Virus record (IMG/VR): IMGVR_UViG_3300020469_000008
Location: 138,055 to 202,054 of that record
DNA: 64,000 nucleotides
Origin: a virus
Lineage: Duplodnaviria > Caudoviricetes
Strand: one strand, 5' to 3'
Positions 26,223 through 36,513 of the stretch are shown here, in pieces; position 1 is the first letter of the stretch; the number at the start of each line of letters is the position of its first letter. The position numbers and the translations under genes are program-made. The notes under the pieces are model-generated. The model did no database searches. It saw only the letters and a list, made by a program, of their open reading frames with translations, and was not told the origin of the DNA.

Positions 26223-28964
26223 ATGAAAAAAATAAGAATTACAAGAGATCATCTAAGAAAACGTGTTAGAAAAATGCTACTAGAAGCGCAATATACGACG
26301 CAGCTAAGCGCTCCTGACCAGCTTCATGCACCAACACAAAAGCAGTATGCAAAAAAAGTTTTCGAATTGATTGATAATAACGATATATATAAAATTGTTG
26401 GTTCAGTCGCGAGAAATTCTAATTCAAAACAATATGTTTATCTGGAAGGCGGCGCGCAACCGCACTATATCGTTAACGGCGATCCGGATATCATGCTCGG
26501 AGAAGTAGCAAAGGGTGGAGATACAGGAACAACTGGGAATGTAGGGGAATATCTGACAGGTGAAGTTTGTTGTCTAGATGGCATCAAATTAGCGGGTGAC
26601 GTAGAACATGATAAATATTCTAATTTAAACTTAGAGACGAGACAGGCAGGTGGCGTTAGGATTGCAAACATAGCGGGTAAACCATCAGGAGGGTTTAAGG
26701 GTGCTGATGTATGGCTTGTAAAGTCAGGCAAAGATCGCAGATTTGATGAGGTACCTCTGACCGGAGATCCTGGAAATCTGACGCTAGATTTTTCAGACTA
26801 CGGTACTTTTGTGTCTGCAAAAGCATCAAGGATCAACTCAAAAGAAGGTAATATATCTACACAAAAGCCTTCCTTAAGTGCTACTGACCAAGAAGATGTC
26901 GCCAATTTAATTCTTTTCTTCTGGTTAAGTCACAATGCAACAGCTAATGCTATTGCCGCTCGATTGGTTCCCACAACAGGAATGCGGATGCGCAAGATAA
27001 AAAACATTATGACCCAGGCTGAAGCTGGCCTCGAGGCACTAGTACTGAATCCTAAACTTTATTCGAATATTGATTTAGATAGAGATAGGATTGTTAACAA
27101 GGCAGACCAATTCAAGGGTTACACTGGAGCAGGAAACGCTGCAGTCAAAATATGCCGGGAATTAGGCATTAAAACTATAAAGATGCGATTTGATGCAATA
27201 AATATATGTGGTATTGCAACATGTGCTGCTAGCGATTTAATAAAGCCTGATTTTAACAATCCAATTGCAAAACAAGTTGGTTACTCTGTCGTAGTTCAAT
27301 CAAAAGGCACAAACTCGACAATAACCTTGACAGTTCCAACGACCGGTACTGATTTTTATTACGCAGATGCTGTGGGTATGGCCAGTGAAACATACAGTAA
27401 AAATTTAGCTGCACTTCACACAACAGATTTTAAACACGATCCGGATAAAATTATTGACGAAATATTTTACGCTGACATAAAAGTAACGACTGGAGCTTTA
27501 GGCGCTCCAGCTGCTACAACAGGTAGATCTCTTGAAGGTATTCCTGGTATGGCGCCTGCCGGTACTTCAGGCGGTGCAAATTCTGATGCTGCGATCGAAA
27601 TAGCAAAAAAATATTACGATAAAGATCAAAATCCAATTTCAGGTGTCGCCAACCCACTCGGACAGGTTAGTTACGCTCAGTTTCTCCAACGTGCTAGATC
27701 ACCCATACAAATACAACTATTACAAAGATTGACGTCGTCAATAACGTTAGCGATGGAAAATTCCCAAAACCCAACCAGTCAAGATAGAATTACAATTCTA
27801 ACCAGTCAAATATCAGAGGATGTTCAGTCAATTACAAATTATAATAATCTAATTGATGTAGAACTCTCAAACCAAAATCCGCATATTGATAATGCAAACT
27901 CATCAATCGCTAAACAGGCTCAGACAAGAATTGCTGTACTACGGCCTTTAAAGAGAAAAGCAAGTAAATTGGAAAAGAAAATGCTAGACGTACAGACTGT
28001 TTTAACTAACTCGGGTGCTGCACAGGCTGTGATGGTCAATTTTCTAGAAAACGTTAATGATAAAATGCTAGATGCAATTGACACCAATGCCGCCGCGTTA
28101 ACACAAAGAACAGAAACATCACTTTCCCAGGTGCAACAAAACTTAACAGCAGCCGCTGCACTATCGAATACGCTACCCACTGAGGTTGTTTCAGCTATTT
28201 TTGGTGAATTAGTACAAACTGGAGATGGTCCTGGTTCTAGTATGCTTGATTACTTGATAAACGTAAAGCGTAGAATTAAATTTTTAATGGGCAAGGTGTC
28301 CAGATCTGTTACAAGCCCGTCAACTACCTCACCAAATATTTCACAAATTGCAAATCGATCATTACTTGAAATTTTAGCTTTCATGTATCCATCACACCAA
28401 TTTCCAACCGCGACAGATCTAATAAATCTTAGTAATTCATTGGTCGCAGCTGATCAGGCCAAGGCACAAAAAATCACAAAAACCATTAATCTTATTGTTA
28501 CTATATTAAAAGAACAGTATAATATTTTGCTTTTAACAGCTGCTTTTATGAGACCTCCTCTTTTAAGTTACGCTGAATGGAATAATAACAAAGGTAAAAT
28601 GGGTCTTTTCTTAGAGAACGTCCAGACTTCTGAAGATAGCCCCGGAAGTTTGATTGTTATGATCACACAGATTAAAAACTCGATAGATACACTGTTAGAA
28701 TTTGCAGAGTTATTAGCATCCCCGGTAATTAGCGCTGTTGCAGAACCAGACGTTAACAAAAAATTAGACGTAGATTTTTCTGATATTCCTGCCAGAAAAA
28801 GTTTTAATGATATTCCTGACACACAATACAAAGAAATGTTACCGAGTTTTATGGCATCTCAAAGAATGCCGGATGCATCTATGACAGCAGCATCCATGAG
28901 TGAAGTTAATCTTTACGAATCGATCCTTTGTGACTTAATGAAAGCTTCTGCAAAAAACAAATAA
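26223..28964 (+). CDS. 913-aa leader-tagged hypothetical protein
   Basis: MKKIRITRDHLRKRVRKMLLEA leader variant. Confidence 0.7.
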   Translation: MKKIRITRDHLRKRVRKMLLEAQYTTQLSAPDQLHAPTQKQYAKKVFELIDNNDIYKIVGSVARNSNSKQYVYLEGGAQPHYIVNGDPDIMLGEVAKGGDTGTTGNVGEYLTGEVCCLDGIKLAGDVEHDKYSNLNLETRQAGGVRIANIAGKPSGGFKGADVWLVKSGKDRRFDEVPLTGDPGNLTLDFSDYGTFVSAKASRINSKEGNISTQKPSLSATDQEDVANLILFFWLSHNATANAIAARLVPTTGMRMRKIKNIMTQAEAGLEALVLNPKLYSNIDLDRDRIVNKADQFKGYTGAGNAAVKICRELGIKTIKMRFDAINICGIATCAASDLIKPDFNNPIAKQVGYSVVVQSKGTNSTITLTVPTTGTDFYYADAVGMASETYSKNLAALHTTDFKHDPDKIIDEIFYADIKVTTGALGAPAATTGRSLEGIPGMAPAGTSGGANSDAAIEIAKKYYDKDQNPISGVANPLGQVSYAQFLQRARSPIQIQLLQRLTSSITLAMENSQNPTSQDRITILTSQISEDVQSITNYNNLIDVELSNQNPHIDNANSSIAKQAQTRIAVLRPLKRKASKLEKKMLDVQTVLTNSGAAQAVMVNFLENVNDKMLDAIDTNAAALTQRTETSLSQVQQNLTAAAALSNTLPTEVVSAIFGELVQTGDGPGSSMLDYLINVKRRIKFLMGKVSRSVTSPSTTSPNISQIANRSLLEILAFMYPSHQFPTATDLINLSNSLVAADQAKAQKITKTINLIVTILKEQYNILLLTAAFMRPPLLSYAEWNNNKGKMGLFLENVQTSEDSPGSLIVMITQIKNSIDTLLEFAELLASPVISAVAEPDVNKKLDVDFSDIPARKSFNDIPDTQYKEMLPSFMASQRMPDASMTAASMSEVNLYESILCDLMKASAKNK

Positions 28965-28974
28965 AATAGAAAAA

Positions 28975-29003
28975 GTGTAATAACAAAAGATACAATGTAT
29001 AAT
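28975..29003 (+). promoter_or_regulatory. phage promoter GTGTAA-N17-TATAAT
   Basis: Copy of the repeated promoter motif. Confidence 0.7.
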
Positions 29004-29037
29004 AAAAGAGTAACCCATAAAACAAGAGGTGTACTCA

Positions 29038-29907
29038 ATGTATATTACCCGTGAAGATGTCCTTGAAGTGATAGGACGCATGCAAGACTTAGAGCATAAG
29101 CTTGGCAATCTATTTGCAAATCACAACTACGATCTGCGTGAAAACCTTGGAAGGCGCAATCAACTTCTCAGTTGTGTCCAAGAAAAAGAAACAGCACGTG
29201 TTCTTCGTAAAAAATATGTGATGGTGTTAGACGATGGTGCACCTGGTAAGCCGGACGTTGTTATCTGTGACATTGAAAAAGAACTGGAATGTAAATTAAC
29301 CTCGGGTAGCAAGAGCGGTGGCTCTGTGTCATTCTCCTTACAAACAGACTATGCTACCCTTGAGAACAAAGGGTCGTTAGATTATTTATTTATGCTAGCA
29401 AACGATGATTTCAATGAGTTCTGTGTAATCTTCTTTGAAGGTCTTACTATTGATGATTACTTTCCTCCCGCTAGTGGTTCCCGTGGAAAAGCGAGGATGA
29501 GAAAAGATAGTGCACTGAAGAAGGCCAAGTTCTTAGTCGGAGGTGTTTCTAATTTAGCTGATGCTCATTTAGAAAAAATTGATGCTGAACTCTCTGAACG
29601 TGCTCAAGAACTAGATTATCGTTTGATAGGCTTACGTTCTAAACTAAACGAAACCAGTTTAAACGCAAAGTCTGCAAGAGAAAAGATATCAAATGTTATC
29701 ACAAACGAATCTTCTCGATACGATTCAGCAATCGCAAAACTTGTTTCTAGGAGAAAATATTGGGTTGAAAATCCAAAATACAGTTTTCAATTCGAGAAAG
29801 TTTCTTTTAAACCTCCCGTAAAACCAACAAAACTCCAGACGTTTAGAGGTTGGTGGGTAAATAAGTTAACAACAAAACTAGGGATTATCTCGTGGATGAC
29901 ACCGTGA
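29038..29907 (+). CDS. putative PD-(D/E)xK nuclease-fold protein
   Basis: KPDVVICDIEKELECK; ATG 29038 after GAGG. Confidence 0.45.
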   Translation: MYITREDVLEVIGRMQDLEHKLGNLFANHNYDLRENLGRRNQLLSCVQEKETARVLRKKYVMVLDDGAPGKPDVVICDIEKELECKLTSGSKSGGSVSFSLQTDYATLENKGSLDYLFMLANDDFNEFCVIFFEGLTIDDYFPPASGSRGKARMRKDSALKKAKFLVGGVSNLADAHLEKIDAELSERAQELDYRLIGLRSKLNETSLNAKSAREKISNVITNESSRYDSAIAKLVSRRKYWVENPKYSFQFEKVSFKPPVKPTKLQTFRGWWVNKLTTKLGIISWMTP

Positions 29908-30098
29908 TAAAGTATATTACAATTAATGGTACCTTGTATAGAATAGATGAGTACTCATATCGAGGTTATGCAGATTCTATTCACACGACCAGTACTATGA
30001 CAAAGGTACCTGAGGATGAAGTGGAAAAAATTAAAAGAATGGTGGCAGAAAAAGGTGAAAAAATCGAAGAAAGACAATATAGAACAGAAATCGGATGA
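29892..30098 (+). CDS. hypothetical protein
   Basis: 68-aa ORF in a co-oriented run. Confidence 0.45.
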   Translation: MDDTVIKYITINGTLYRIDEYSYRGYADSIHTTSTMTKVPEDEVEKIKRMVAEKGEKIEERQYRTEIG

Positions 30099-30438
30099 AA
30101 GTAAGTCTGTTGAAATAGAAGAAATCGATCCTTTTGAAGAATTAGAAAAAGAAGAAAGGGAAAAGGTTATTGCAGACTTAATGGATCAGATATTGAGCTC
30201 AGATATTTTTCATGAAACTTTTGATAAATTATCAAAACCGATAACTATGCTTTTACCATTTGAGGGAAAGAATCAATTTTATTTTTTCAGTCCAACACTA
30301 CAGATATTTCGAATGGTACGCGCTCCAACTGAAGCTATAGTGATCGAAGAAAGCAAGGGTGGAGAAACACTGTGTCTCATTCATGATGTGCCATATATGG
30401 TGCCAGACAAATACTTAAAAAATGTGGGGTATAACTGA
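30016..30438 (+). CDS. hypothetical protein
   Basis: 140-aa ORF after GAGG. Confidence 0.55.
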   Translation: MKWKKLKEWWQKKVKKSKKDNIEQKSDESKSVEIEEIDPFEELEKEEREKVIADLMDQILSSDIFHETFDKLSKPITMLLPFEGKNQFYFFSPTLQIFRMVRAPTEAIVIEESKGGETLCLIHDVPYMVPDKYLKNVGYN

Positions 30439-30746
30439 TGAAATTTGATCACGTAGCAGTGAATGTAAAAGATATCAAGGCTTCGACAGAATGGTATTGC
30501 AGGAACTTAAACGCAGTTACGTTATATGTAGATGATACGTGGGCGTTTTTGAAGGTTAACGGTACGAAGATAGCGCTGACTCTCGCATCACAACATCCCG
30601 CGCACATCTGTTTCTCTATAGACAAAGATGAAAAAACCAAATATTTTGGTGACAAAGTTTTCAAAGATCACCGAGACGGTTCGTCTTCTTGTTACACGAG
30701 AGATCCAGATGGTAACTTTATAGAGTATTTAATATGGCCGGAATAA
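30438..30746 (+). CDS. VOC/glyoxalase-family protein
   Basis: FDHVAVNVKD...WY, HICF, Y..DPDGNFIE. Confidence 0.85.
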   Translation: MKFDHVAVNVKDIKASTEWYCRNLNAVTLYVDDTWAFLKVNGTKIALTLASQHPAHICFSIDKDEKTKYFGDKVFKDHRDGSSSCYTRDPDGNFIEYLIWPE

Positions 30747-30931
30747 AAAAAAAGATAGAGCAAGTTTGGAATGCCATCATACTACCAGATGGCGTCGACG
30801 AAGAATATGACGAAAAATGTGATAAAGCTTTTTATAAAATAGTTGATTGTTTTATTAACGTTTGTTATTCAATTTTATTTGTAATGTCAATTATTTCACT
30901 ATATTTTTTAATAACAAGAGAGATATTATGA
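30734..30931 (+). CDS. small membrane protein
   Basis: C-terminal hydrophobic helix. Confidence 0.5.
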   Translation: MAGIKKKIEQVWNAIILPDGVDEEYDEKCDKAFYKIVDCFINVCYSILFVMSIISLYFLITREIL

Positions 30932-31033
30932 TTAAGAAAATAATTAAGAATAGAAATCAAATCGTTGAGGGCGTTACAATGGTGTCAATGCTTTATGTTT
31001 TGATTGCTGTACACAGTTTAAGGACGGTTTATC

Positions 31034-31267
31034 ATGCAAGAAATACAAGAGCTTATAGGCATTATTAGAAAAATCATTAGAGAACAAGACGATAAAGTTC
31101 TTAATGTTAGAGGTGGCAAAGGCTACAGTGTGGGTCACCCATATCCAGTTAAATCAGTGCCACCAGTTAGCCAAGCGCTTGGAAGCCCTGGCCCTTATGA
31201 AGATGATGAAGAAGATTATAATGAAGACAAACCCGTAAAAATTAGCAAAGCTTTTAAGAAGGAATAA
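31034..31267 (+). CDS. hypothetical protein with leader-like helix
   Basis: MQEIQELIGIIRKIIRE. Confidence 0.5.
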   Translation: MQEIQELIGIIRKIIREQDDKVLNVRGGKGYSVGHPYPVKSVPPVSQALGSPGPYEDDEEDYNEDKPVKISKAFKKE

Positions 31268-31268
31268 G

Positions 31269-31487
31269 ATGATTGAATTTTTAGTAATGTATTGTAAAGA
31301 AAAAAATTATGATATCGTTGGTGAAAAAATATTAAAAGAAGGACAACAGATAGGTAATATAGACCACTTAGATAAAATTGTTACACTCGGTAGTAACAAA
31401 TACAAGTTTGGCGACTTTGCTCTCGCTATACTTGAAGGATACTTTGATTTGTACGACGGAGGTGAATATGTCAATGTACAGAGCTGA
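31269..31487 (+). CDS. hypothetical protein
   Basis: SD AAGGA; 72 aa. Confidence 0.5.
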   Translation: MIEFLVMYCKEKNYDIVGEKILKEGQQIGNIDHLDKIVTLGSNKYKFGDFALAILEGYFDLYDGGEYVNVQS

Positions 31488-32064
31488 ATATGATACACGG
31501 TTACTTTACTCACAGAGTTATACGGCAGATGAAGGGTTGTTTGTTTCAACTGATTGTTATGCCGTAATGTGGACATATCCCCAAGCCGTAAGCCCAACAA
31601 CAACAAGAGTTAGATTAACTTACATATACACTAAGGAAGGGGGTGGTATCTCACCTGTTCAGGGTATTATGGAACAGTGGAAGTCTGAAGGTTGGACTGT
31701 AATGGATGAATTTTGTGATGGTTATTCTGACTTCTCAACTGCAGAAGAACTTCGTGACCAGATGATGCAAATGGTTAGATCATTTCTATTGGGGGTTCCA
31801 GTAGGAGCAGAAGTTGAGGGTGATTCTTCTCCGAAGCCTGGAACACCAAATAAGACAGGATTTAAGAAACCATCTGCACTTAAGTCTCGAATCGAAAAAC
31901 TGATTAAAAAGCCAGTACCTACAGAATCTGGTGATGCAGAAAGTCCAGATGAAGATGACATTTTCGCTAGCGCAAGAATAATTAAAGTAGTTAAACCGTT
32001 AAAACCATCAGGCTCAAAAGCAGATAAACCTGATGACGATGACGATGACGACACCTGGATATAA
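31468..32064 (+). CDS. hypothetical protein with acidic low-complexity tail
   Basis: ATG 31468 after GGAGGTG. Confidence 0.6.
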   Translation: MSMYRAEYDTRLLYSQSYTADEGLFVSTDCYAVMWTYPQAVSPTTTRVRLTYIYTKEGGGISPVQGIMEQWKSEGWTVMDEFCDGYSDFSTAEELRDQMMQMVRSFLLGVPVGAEVEGDSSPKPGTPNKTGFKKPSALKSRIEKLIKKPVPTESGDAESPDEDDIFASARIIKVVKPLKPSGSKADKPDDDDDDDTWI

Positions 32065-32076
32065 AGGAGCATAATT

Positions 32077-33360
32077 ATGGGCGGTGCAGCAGGACATATG
32101 GCACATCTTCACGAAGATTTGAGCCTGACATTTAACGAATTAGTTTCTATAATTAACACAGTTGCTTCAGCAGATGTTGAGGTTACTGAAAAAGTAGATG
32201 GACAAAATTTATTTCTGACAGTAAATGAGTTTGGTGAAATAAGGACCGCTCGTAATCCTACAGATATTCGTAGAGGTGGGATGACACCAGAAGAGTATAC
32301 GGAAAAGTGGCAAGGGCACCCAGCTGAAAGAGCTTTCATGAGAGGTTTCAAAGCAGTTAAAAGCGTAATCGATTCATTACCGCTTGAACAGAAAATAGAG
32401 ATATTTGATAGCGGAAATAGTTACGTCAATATGGAAATAATGTATTACAATCCAGATACCGGACTCAATTCTAATATCATAAACTACAATGCGTGTTACA
32501 TCGTAATGCACGCTTTAGTATCAGATGATCCGAACACTGAACAGCAATTCCAGACACTGTCAAGTTTAGTAAATGCAAAACAGGCAGAAATTGACAGTCA
32601 GGTCTGGAGTATTTACGGCCCTCAGATAATTGAGTTAAATGACATTGCTAACGGTGAAGCACACGAGTTAGCAAAGCAAAGAATTTCTGCAATTGCGCAA
32701 CCAGTCGGTATGAACGCTACTATTGAGAGTCTTTGTAAAATCTATTATAAGGAATTGATGCTATCAGATAGTTTGCCTGAAAACGTGTGTATTGAAATTA
32801 TAAAACTAGTCTTTAATGAACCTGGTGCACTAACATTAAGAGATATAAAAAGAATGGCACCCACAATGTCACCGAAAGTTTCAAAGTATAGTACGAAAGT
32901 TAACTCAAAAAAAGTTATTTCTGGGGTTTTGAGACCACTAGAAAACATCATTAACGATTTTGCTATTGAAGTATTAAGAGGGTTGAGAAGTTTCTTTGCT
33001 GTTGATCATGATCAAGCGGTCACAGATATGCGTCAAGAACTTGAAACTAGTATTGATAGACTACGTGGGATAGCAGCTGAAGGCGATGAGAACATGGGTA
33101 AGATGGTCGACCGACAGCTGGCGAAACTTGGTAGTGTAGAGAACTTAGCTTCATCATTAGAAGGGATTGTGTTTCGTTATAATGGCAAGATATATAAAAT
33201 GACAGGTGCATTCGCCATGGCAAATCAAATTATAGGAAGAGCAAGAAGAAATCCACCTCGTTTAAGAAAAAAAGCAGAAATTACTGAAGGCCAAATAAGA
33301 AAAATGGTCCGAGAATCAATAACTCGAACCTATCTCTCAATGTTACCAGTAAGACGATAG
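32077..33360 (+). CDS. ligase-like covalent nucleotidyltransferase-fold protein
   Basis: Motif I EKVDGQN, motif IV EGIVF, motif V KIYKMTG; N-terminal GGAAGHMAH; C-terminal ITEGQIRKMVRES. Confidence 0.55.
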   Translation: MGGAAGHMAHLHEDLSLTFNELVSIINTVASADVEVTEKVDGQNLFLTVNEFGEIRTARNPTDIRRGGMTPEEYTEKWQGHPAERAFMRGFKAVKSVIDSLPLEQKIEIFDSGNSYVNMEIMYYNPDTGLNSNIINYNACYIVMHALVSDDPNTEQQFQTLSSLVNAKQAEIDSQVWSIYGPQIIELNDIANGEAHELAKQRISAIAQPVGMNATIESLCKIYYKELMLSDSLPENVCIEIIKLVFNEPGALTLRDIKRMAPTMSPKVSKYSTKVNSKKVISGVLRPLENIINDFAIEVLRGLRSFFAVDHDQAVTDMRQELETSIDRLRGIAAEGDENMGKMVDRQLAKLGSVENLASSLEGIVFRYNGKIYKMTGAFAMANQIIGRARRNPPRLRKKAEITEGQIRKMVRESITRTYLSMLPVRR

Positions 33361-33361
33361 T

Positions 33362-34075
33362 CTATTTCTTTAGACTGTTATATGTTTCCATAGCAACGGG
33401 CCATAGTTCTGTCGCTATTTCTTTACATGCTTGAGCTACTTTCTGTATTTCCCATTGTGCATGCTCATCGTCTCGAAGACTAATAAATTTAATGAGATTA
33501 TTTAAATTGACTGTCCCGTAATACTCGGTGTAAAGATTCTGTGGCAGTACTCCTCGAGCCTGTTCTCTGCAAACTCCCGCATCAATAAGCTCATCAAATA
33601 ACTTTAAAGAATCACTATGATGTTTTATAATTAAGTCAGATGCAAGACGCTTTATTGGTTGAGAACAAGCAGGTGAGTAAGTGTCTATCTGCGGATTAAT
33701 TATATCGTCTTCGTTGCTCGCTTGCCTATTACTTTTATGCTGAGTCCTAAATTCCTGAGGTTCATAAAATTTTAAATCTTTGTCAGTATATCTACGACTA
33801 ATTTCATTATAAGACCAAGTTCTATGGCGATGGTGCTGACCACGCACAAATAGAGGTACAGTAAACTTAAATGTAACAACATTGTGTTCAAGCGTTGACG
33901 TGTGTCTATTTTTAACGAGGTATCTGATAAGTTTTCTGTCTCTTTCATTGACTTCATTTTTTTCTACTCCAAACGAAACACGTGCTGCATTGACAATTGT
34001 GAGGTCATTGCCCATGTGTTGTACATATTCAACGCAGCCTATTGTATCATTATATAAAATTTTTTTATTAATCAA
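33362..34075 (-). CDS. thyX: FAD-dependent thymidylate synthase ThyX
   Basis: IVNAARVS, RHRTWSYNEISRRY signature, REQARGVLPQ. Confidence 0.95.
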   Translation of the reverse strand: MINKKILYNDTIGCVEYVQHMGNDLTIVNAARVSFGVEKNEVNERDRKLIRYLVKNRHTSTLEHNVVTFKFTVPLFVRGQHHRHRTWSYNEISRRYTDKDLKFYEPQEFRTQHKSNRQASNEDDIINPQIDTYSPACSQPIKRLASDLIIKHHSDSLKLFDELIDAGVCREQARGVLPQNLYTEYYGTVNLNNLIKFISLRDDEHAQWEIQKVAQACKEIATELWPVAMETYNSLKK

Positions 34076-34140
34076 TTGTTTATCTCCTATATATTGCGTT
34101 ATAATAATACGATATTAGATTTAAATTTATAGGAGAAACA

Positions 34141-35337
34141 ATGATTAATTTTATTTCTTGTCTATTTCTAGGTACAGCTTTAGGACAAGATATCAGTACT
34201 AGTGAAACATCATACACCGGTGCAACAATTTTGCAAGGCGACTGGGAAGTTCAATTTGATACAGTAACGGGTTTGGACGGTGATGAGGTACCATCTACAT
34301 ACGCTTTCTTTGAAGGTAATACATTATATGTAGGTAATTCAGACGACAGTGGGAACACAGTTGATGGGATTATAGAGTTCTTCTGGTTCCAGTCATCGAT
34401 TGATAGGGGCGCCGATTTTTATGTAGCAGTAATTAAAGCAAGAACTTCACCAGGTGACAATTGTTTTGTAGCACCGTGGATAAGCGGTTATGATTGTCAC
34501 TTGTGGGCAGATGAGTATCAAGACTTTGGAGAATATCCCGTTCTTTCTGTTGAGGCATTTACAGATGTATCAAGGGAGTCAGGCGCATTTAGGTGGGATT
34601 GGTCAGTTCCTTTTGAAAATTACGGTATTGATGCATACGGCCAGATTAGCATGTCCAATCAATACGGCATTGGTAGTACGACACAAACGGGTATGGAAGG
34701 GTCAGTCATGACAGCACTGAACATTCCAGATGGCACAAACATTAATGGCGTTCCTATTGAAGGTGGTGTTGAAGGGAGTGCGAGCGTCCAATCAAAAGGT
34801 TATATTAGCACAGATTATAAAGTGCAGACGCAATATGACGTAACATTATATGAGTGGGACGTGTTTGTGGATGGTCGAGCTAATCTAATGGCTTGGGATA
34901 TGTATCTGAACTTAGGAGTCCGCGATAATCAATCTGCATATCATGAATATTTTTTAGCAATACAGGTTGAAGAAGGTCAACCTTTTATGTTAGATGAGAT
35001 GAATTTACTGGGTAACTTTGATACAGGGTGGTGGAATCCGTTCAGACATGAGCTAGGTTTATCAGTAAAAGGTTTGCAGATATATCAGCCTGAATGGGAA
35101 GAAGCAAGTGAAGAAGTTGAAGAAGAATTATTTGACACCGGATTCGAGGAAGAAATTGAAGAAGAGACAGTTGAAGAAGAAATTGAAACACTTGATACTG
35201 GCAACGATGAAAGACTCGAGCTAGAAGATTCAAAGTCAGATGCTTTCGTAAGCGGTTGTAGTGTTTCACAGTTCAAACAAAATAATTTACTCTATGCACT
35301 TATTCCGTTATTTTTCATAGTTAGGAGAAAACAATGA
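34141..35337 (+). CDS. secreted protein with acidic stalk and MYXO-CTERM-like C-terminal anchor
   Basis: Signal peptide; Glu-rich stalk; ends GCSVS...LLYALIPLFFIVRRKQ. Confidence 0.65.
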   Translation: MINFISCLFLGTALGQDISTSETSYTGATILQGDWEVQFDTVTGLDGDEVPSTYAFFEGNTLYVGNSDDSGNTVDGIIEFFWFQSSIDRGADFYVAVIKARTSPGDNCFVAPWISGYDCHLWADEYQDFGEYPVLSVEAFTDVSRESGAFRWDWSVPFENYGIDAYGQISMSNQYGIGSTTQTGMEGSVMTALNIPDGTNINGVPIEGGVEGSASVQSKGYISTDYKVQTQYDVTLYEWDVFVDGRANLMAWDMYLNLGVRDNQSAYHEYFLAIQVEEGQPFMLDEMNLLGNFDTGWWNPFRHELGLSVKGLQIYQPEWEEASEEVEEELFDTGFEEEIEEETVEEEIETLDTGNDERLELEDSKSDAFVSGCSVSQFKQNNLLYALIPLFFIVRRKQ

Positions 35338-36287
35338 TGATAAAATGTATGATAACAGCGCTATGTTTGGTTGCATGTACAGAAGTTTCTATTTCAAAAA
35401 CATATCAACCCACTGACAGTGCATTCCCTGAAGATACAATTGTAGAAGACGATACAAATGTTGAAGATTCAGACAGTGAAGATACAACCGTGACAGACAC
35501 AAACGACGATGATACTTCAAATCAAACAGATCTGTCACAAACCGTGGGATATGTTGAATTAGGATTGATGCAGGCATCATGCCCATATTGTTTAGGATTA
35601 CAGCAAGAAATTAACATCACAGCATACGCAAGGTTTCATCAAGCAACAGGAGCTAGTCACACAAATTGGTTACCACAAACAGACGGTTGCAGAGATTACT
35701 ACGAAACAACTGTATCATCACCAAATACAGATGTGGGTCAATTTGTCACACTACAAAATAACTTTGGTGATAACTTTACGCTGAATCAAACTTACGATTC
35801 AACAGGTGTTGCATACGAAAATGGTTACTTGATGGAATCTAGCTTTAGAAGAAACACTGCACATACATTAAACGCACAAAATAAAAATGCTGAAAATGTG
35901 ATTGAAACTCTTCGAGGCTTTGACTTTATCGAGCCTTATACAATGCTTTATGTTGATCCATCGTATGCTTTTCAAACGCCTGTATACAGAACGGGTGATA
36001 ACGTTTTTACTTGGGGTCCAAGTGGTGACGTTAACAGTTTCTTTACTATACACATATCAGTTTACAGTAATGATGGTAGTTATTATTATGGGACAGTTAT
36101 CTGTCGGTCGCCTGATGTAGGGTATATGTCAATCCCAGGCAGTTACTTCTCACAATATCAACAGGGTAATTTGACTTCTATACACCTTATGCGACACAGA
36201 GTTTTTCTCGATCAGTACATAGATTTTGGTGGCACAATCGAGAGTTATAGTTGGTGGGAAGTGATAGGTACAGGATTTATACAATGA
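35334..36287 (+). CDS. lipoprotein with Asp/Thr-rich linker
   Basis: Lipobox LVAC; DT-rich linker. Confidence 0.65.
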   Translation: MMIKCMITALCLVACTEVSISKTYQPTDSAFPEDTIVEDDTNVEDSDSEDTTVTDTNDDDTSNQTDLSQTVGYVELGLMQASCPYCLGLQQEINITAYARFHQATGASHTNWLPQTDGCRDYYETTVSSPNTDVGQFVTLQNNFGDNFTLNQTYDSTGVAYENGYLMESSFRRNTAHTLNAQNKNAENVIETLRGFDFIEPYTMLYVDPSYAFQTPVYRTGDNVFTWGPSGDVNSFFTIHISVYSNDGSYYYGTVICRSPDVGYMSIPGSYFSQYQQGNLTSIHLMRHRVFLDQYIDFGGTIESYSWWEVIGTGFIQ

Positions 36288-36294
36288 GGAAATT

Positions 36295-36495
36295 ATGGCA
36301 AAAGTAATAGTAAGAAGAAATGAGTCACCAGAAAAAGCGATGAAACGATTCAAAAGAAAAGTTGAGAGAGCAGGTATCATGAGGGATATTAAGAAAAATA
36401 GATATTATCAAAAACCTTCAGTGCGCAAGAAAGAAAAAAAGAAAGCAGCAGAAAAGAGGCGTAGAAAACTTGAACGAAGAAGGCAAAGAAGATAG
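36295..36495 (+). CDS. rpsU: 30S ribosomal protein bS21
   Basis: V.VR.NE..EKAMKRFKRKVE..GI..D.K...YY.KPS.RKK..K..A.KR. Confidence 0.92.
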   Translation: MAKVIVRRNESPEKAMKRFKRKVERAGIMRDIKKNRYYQKPSVRKKEKKKAAEKRRRKLERRRQRR

Positions 36496-36513
36496 ACTAA
36501 GTTGTGTTATGTG

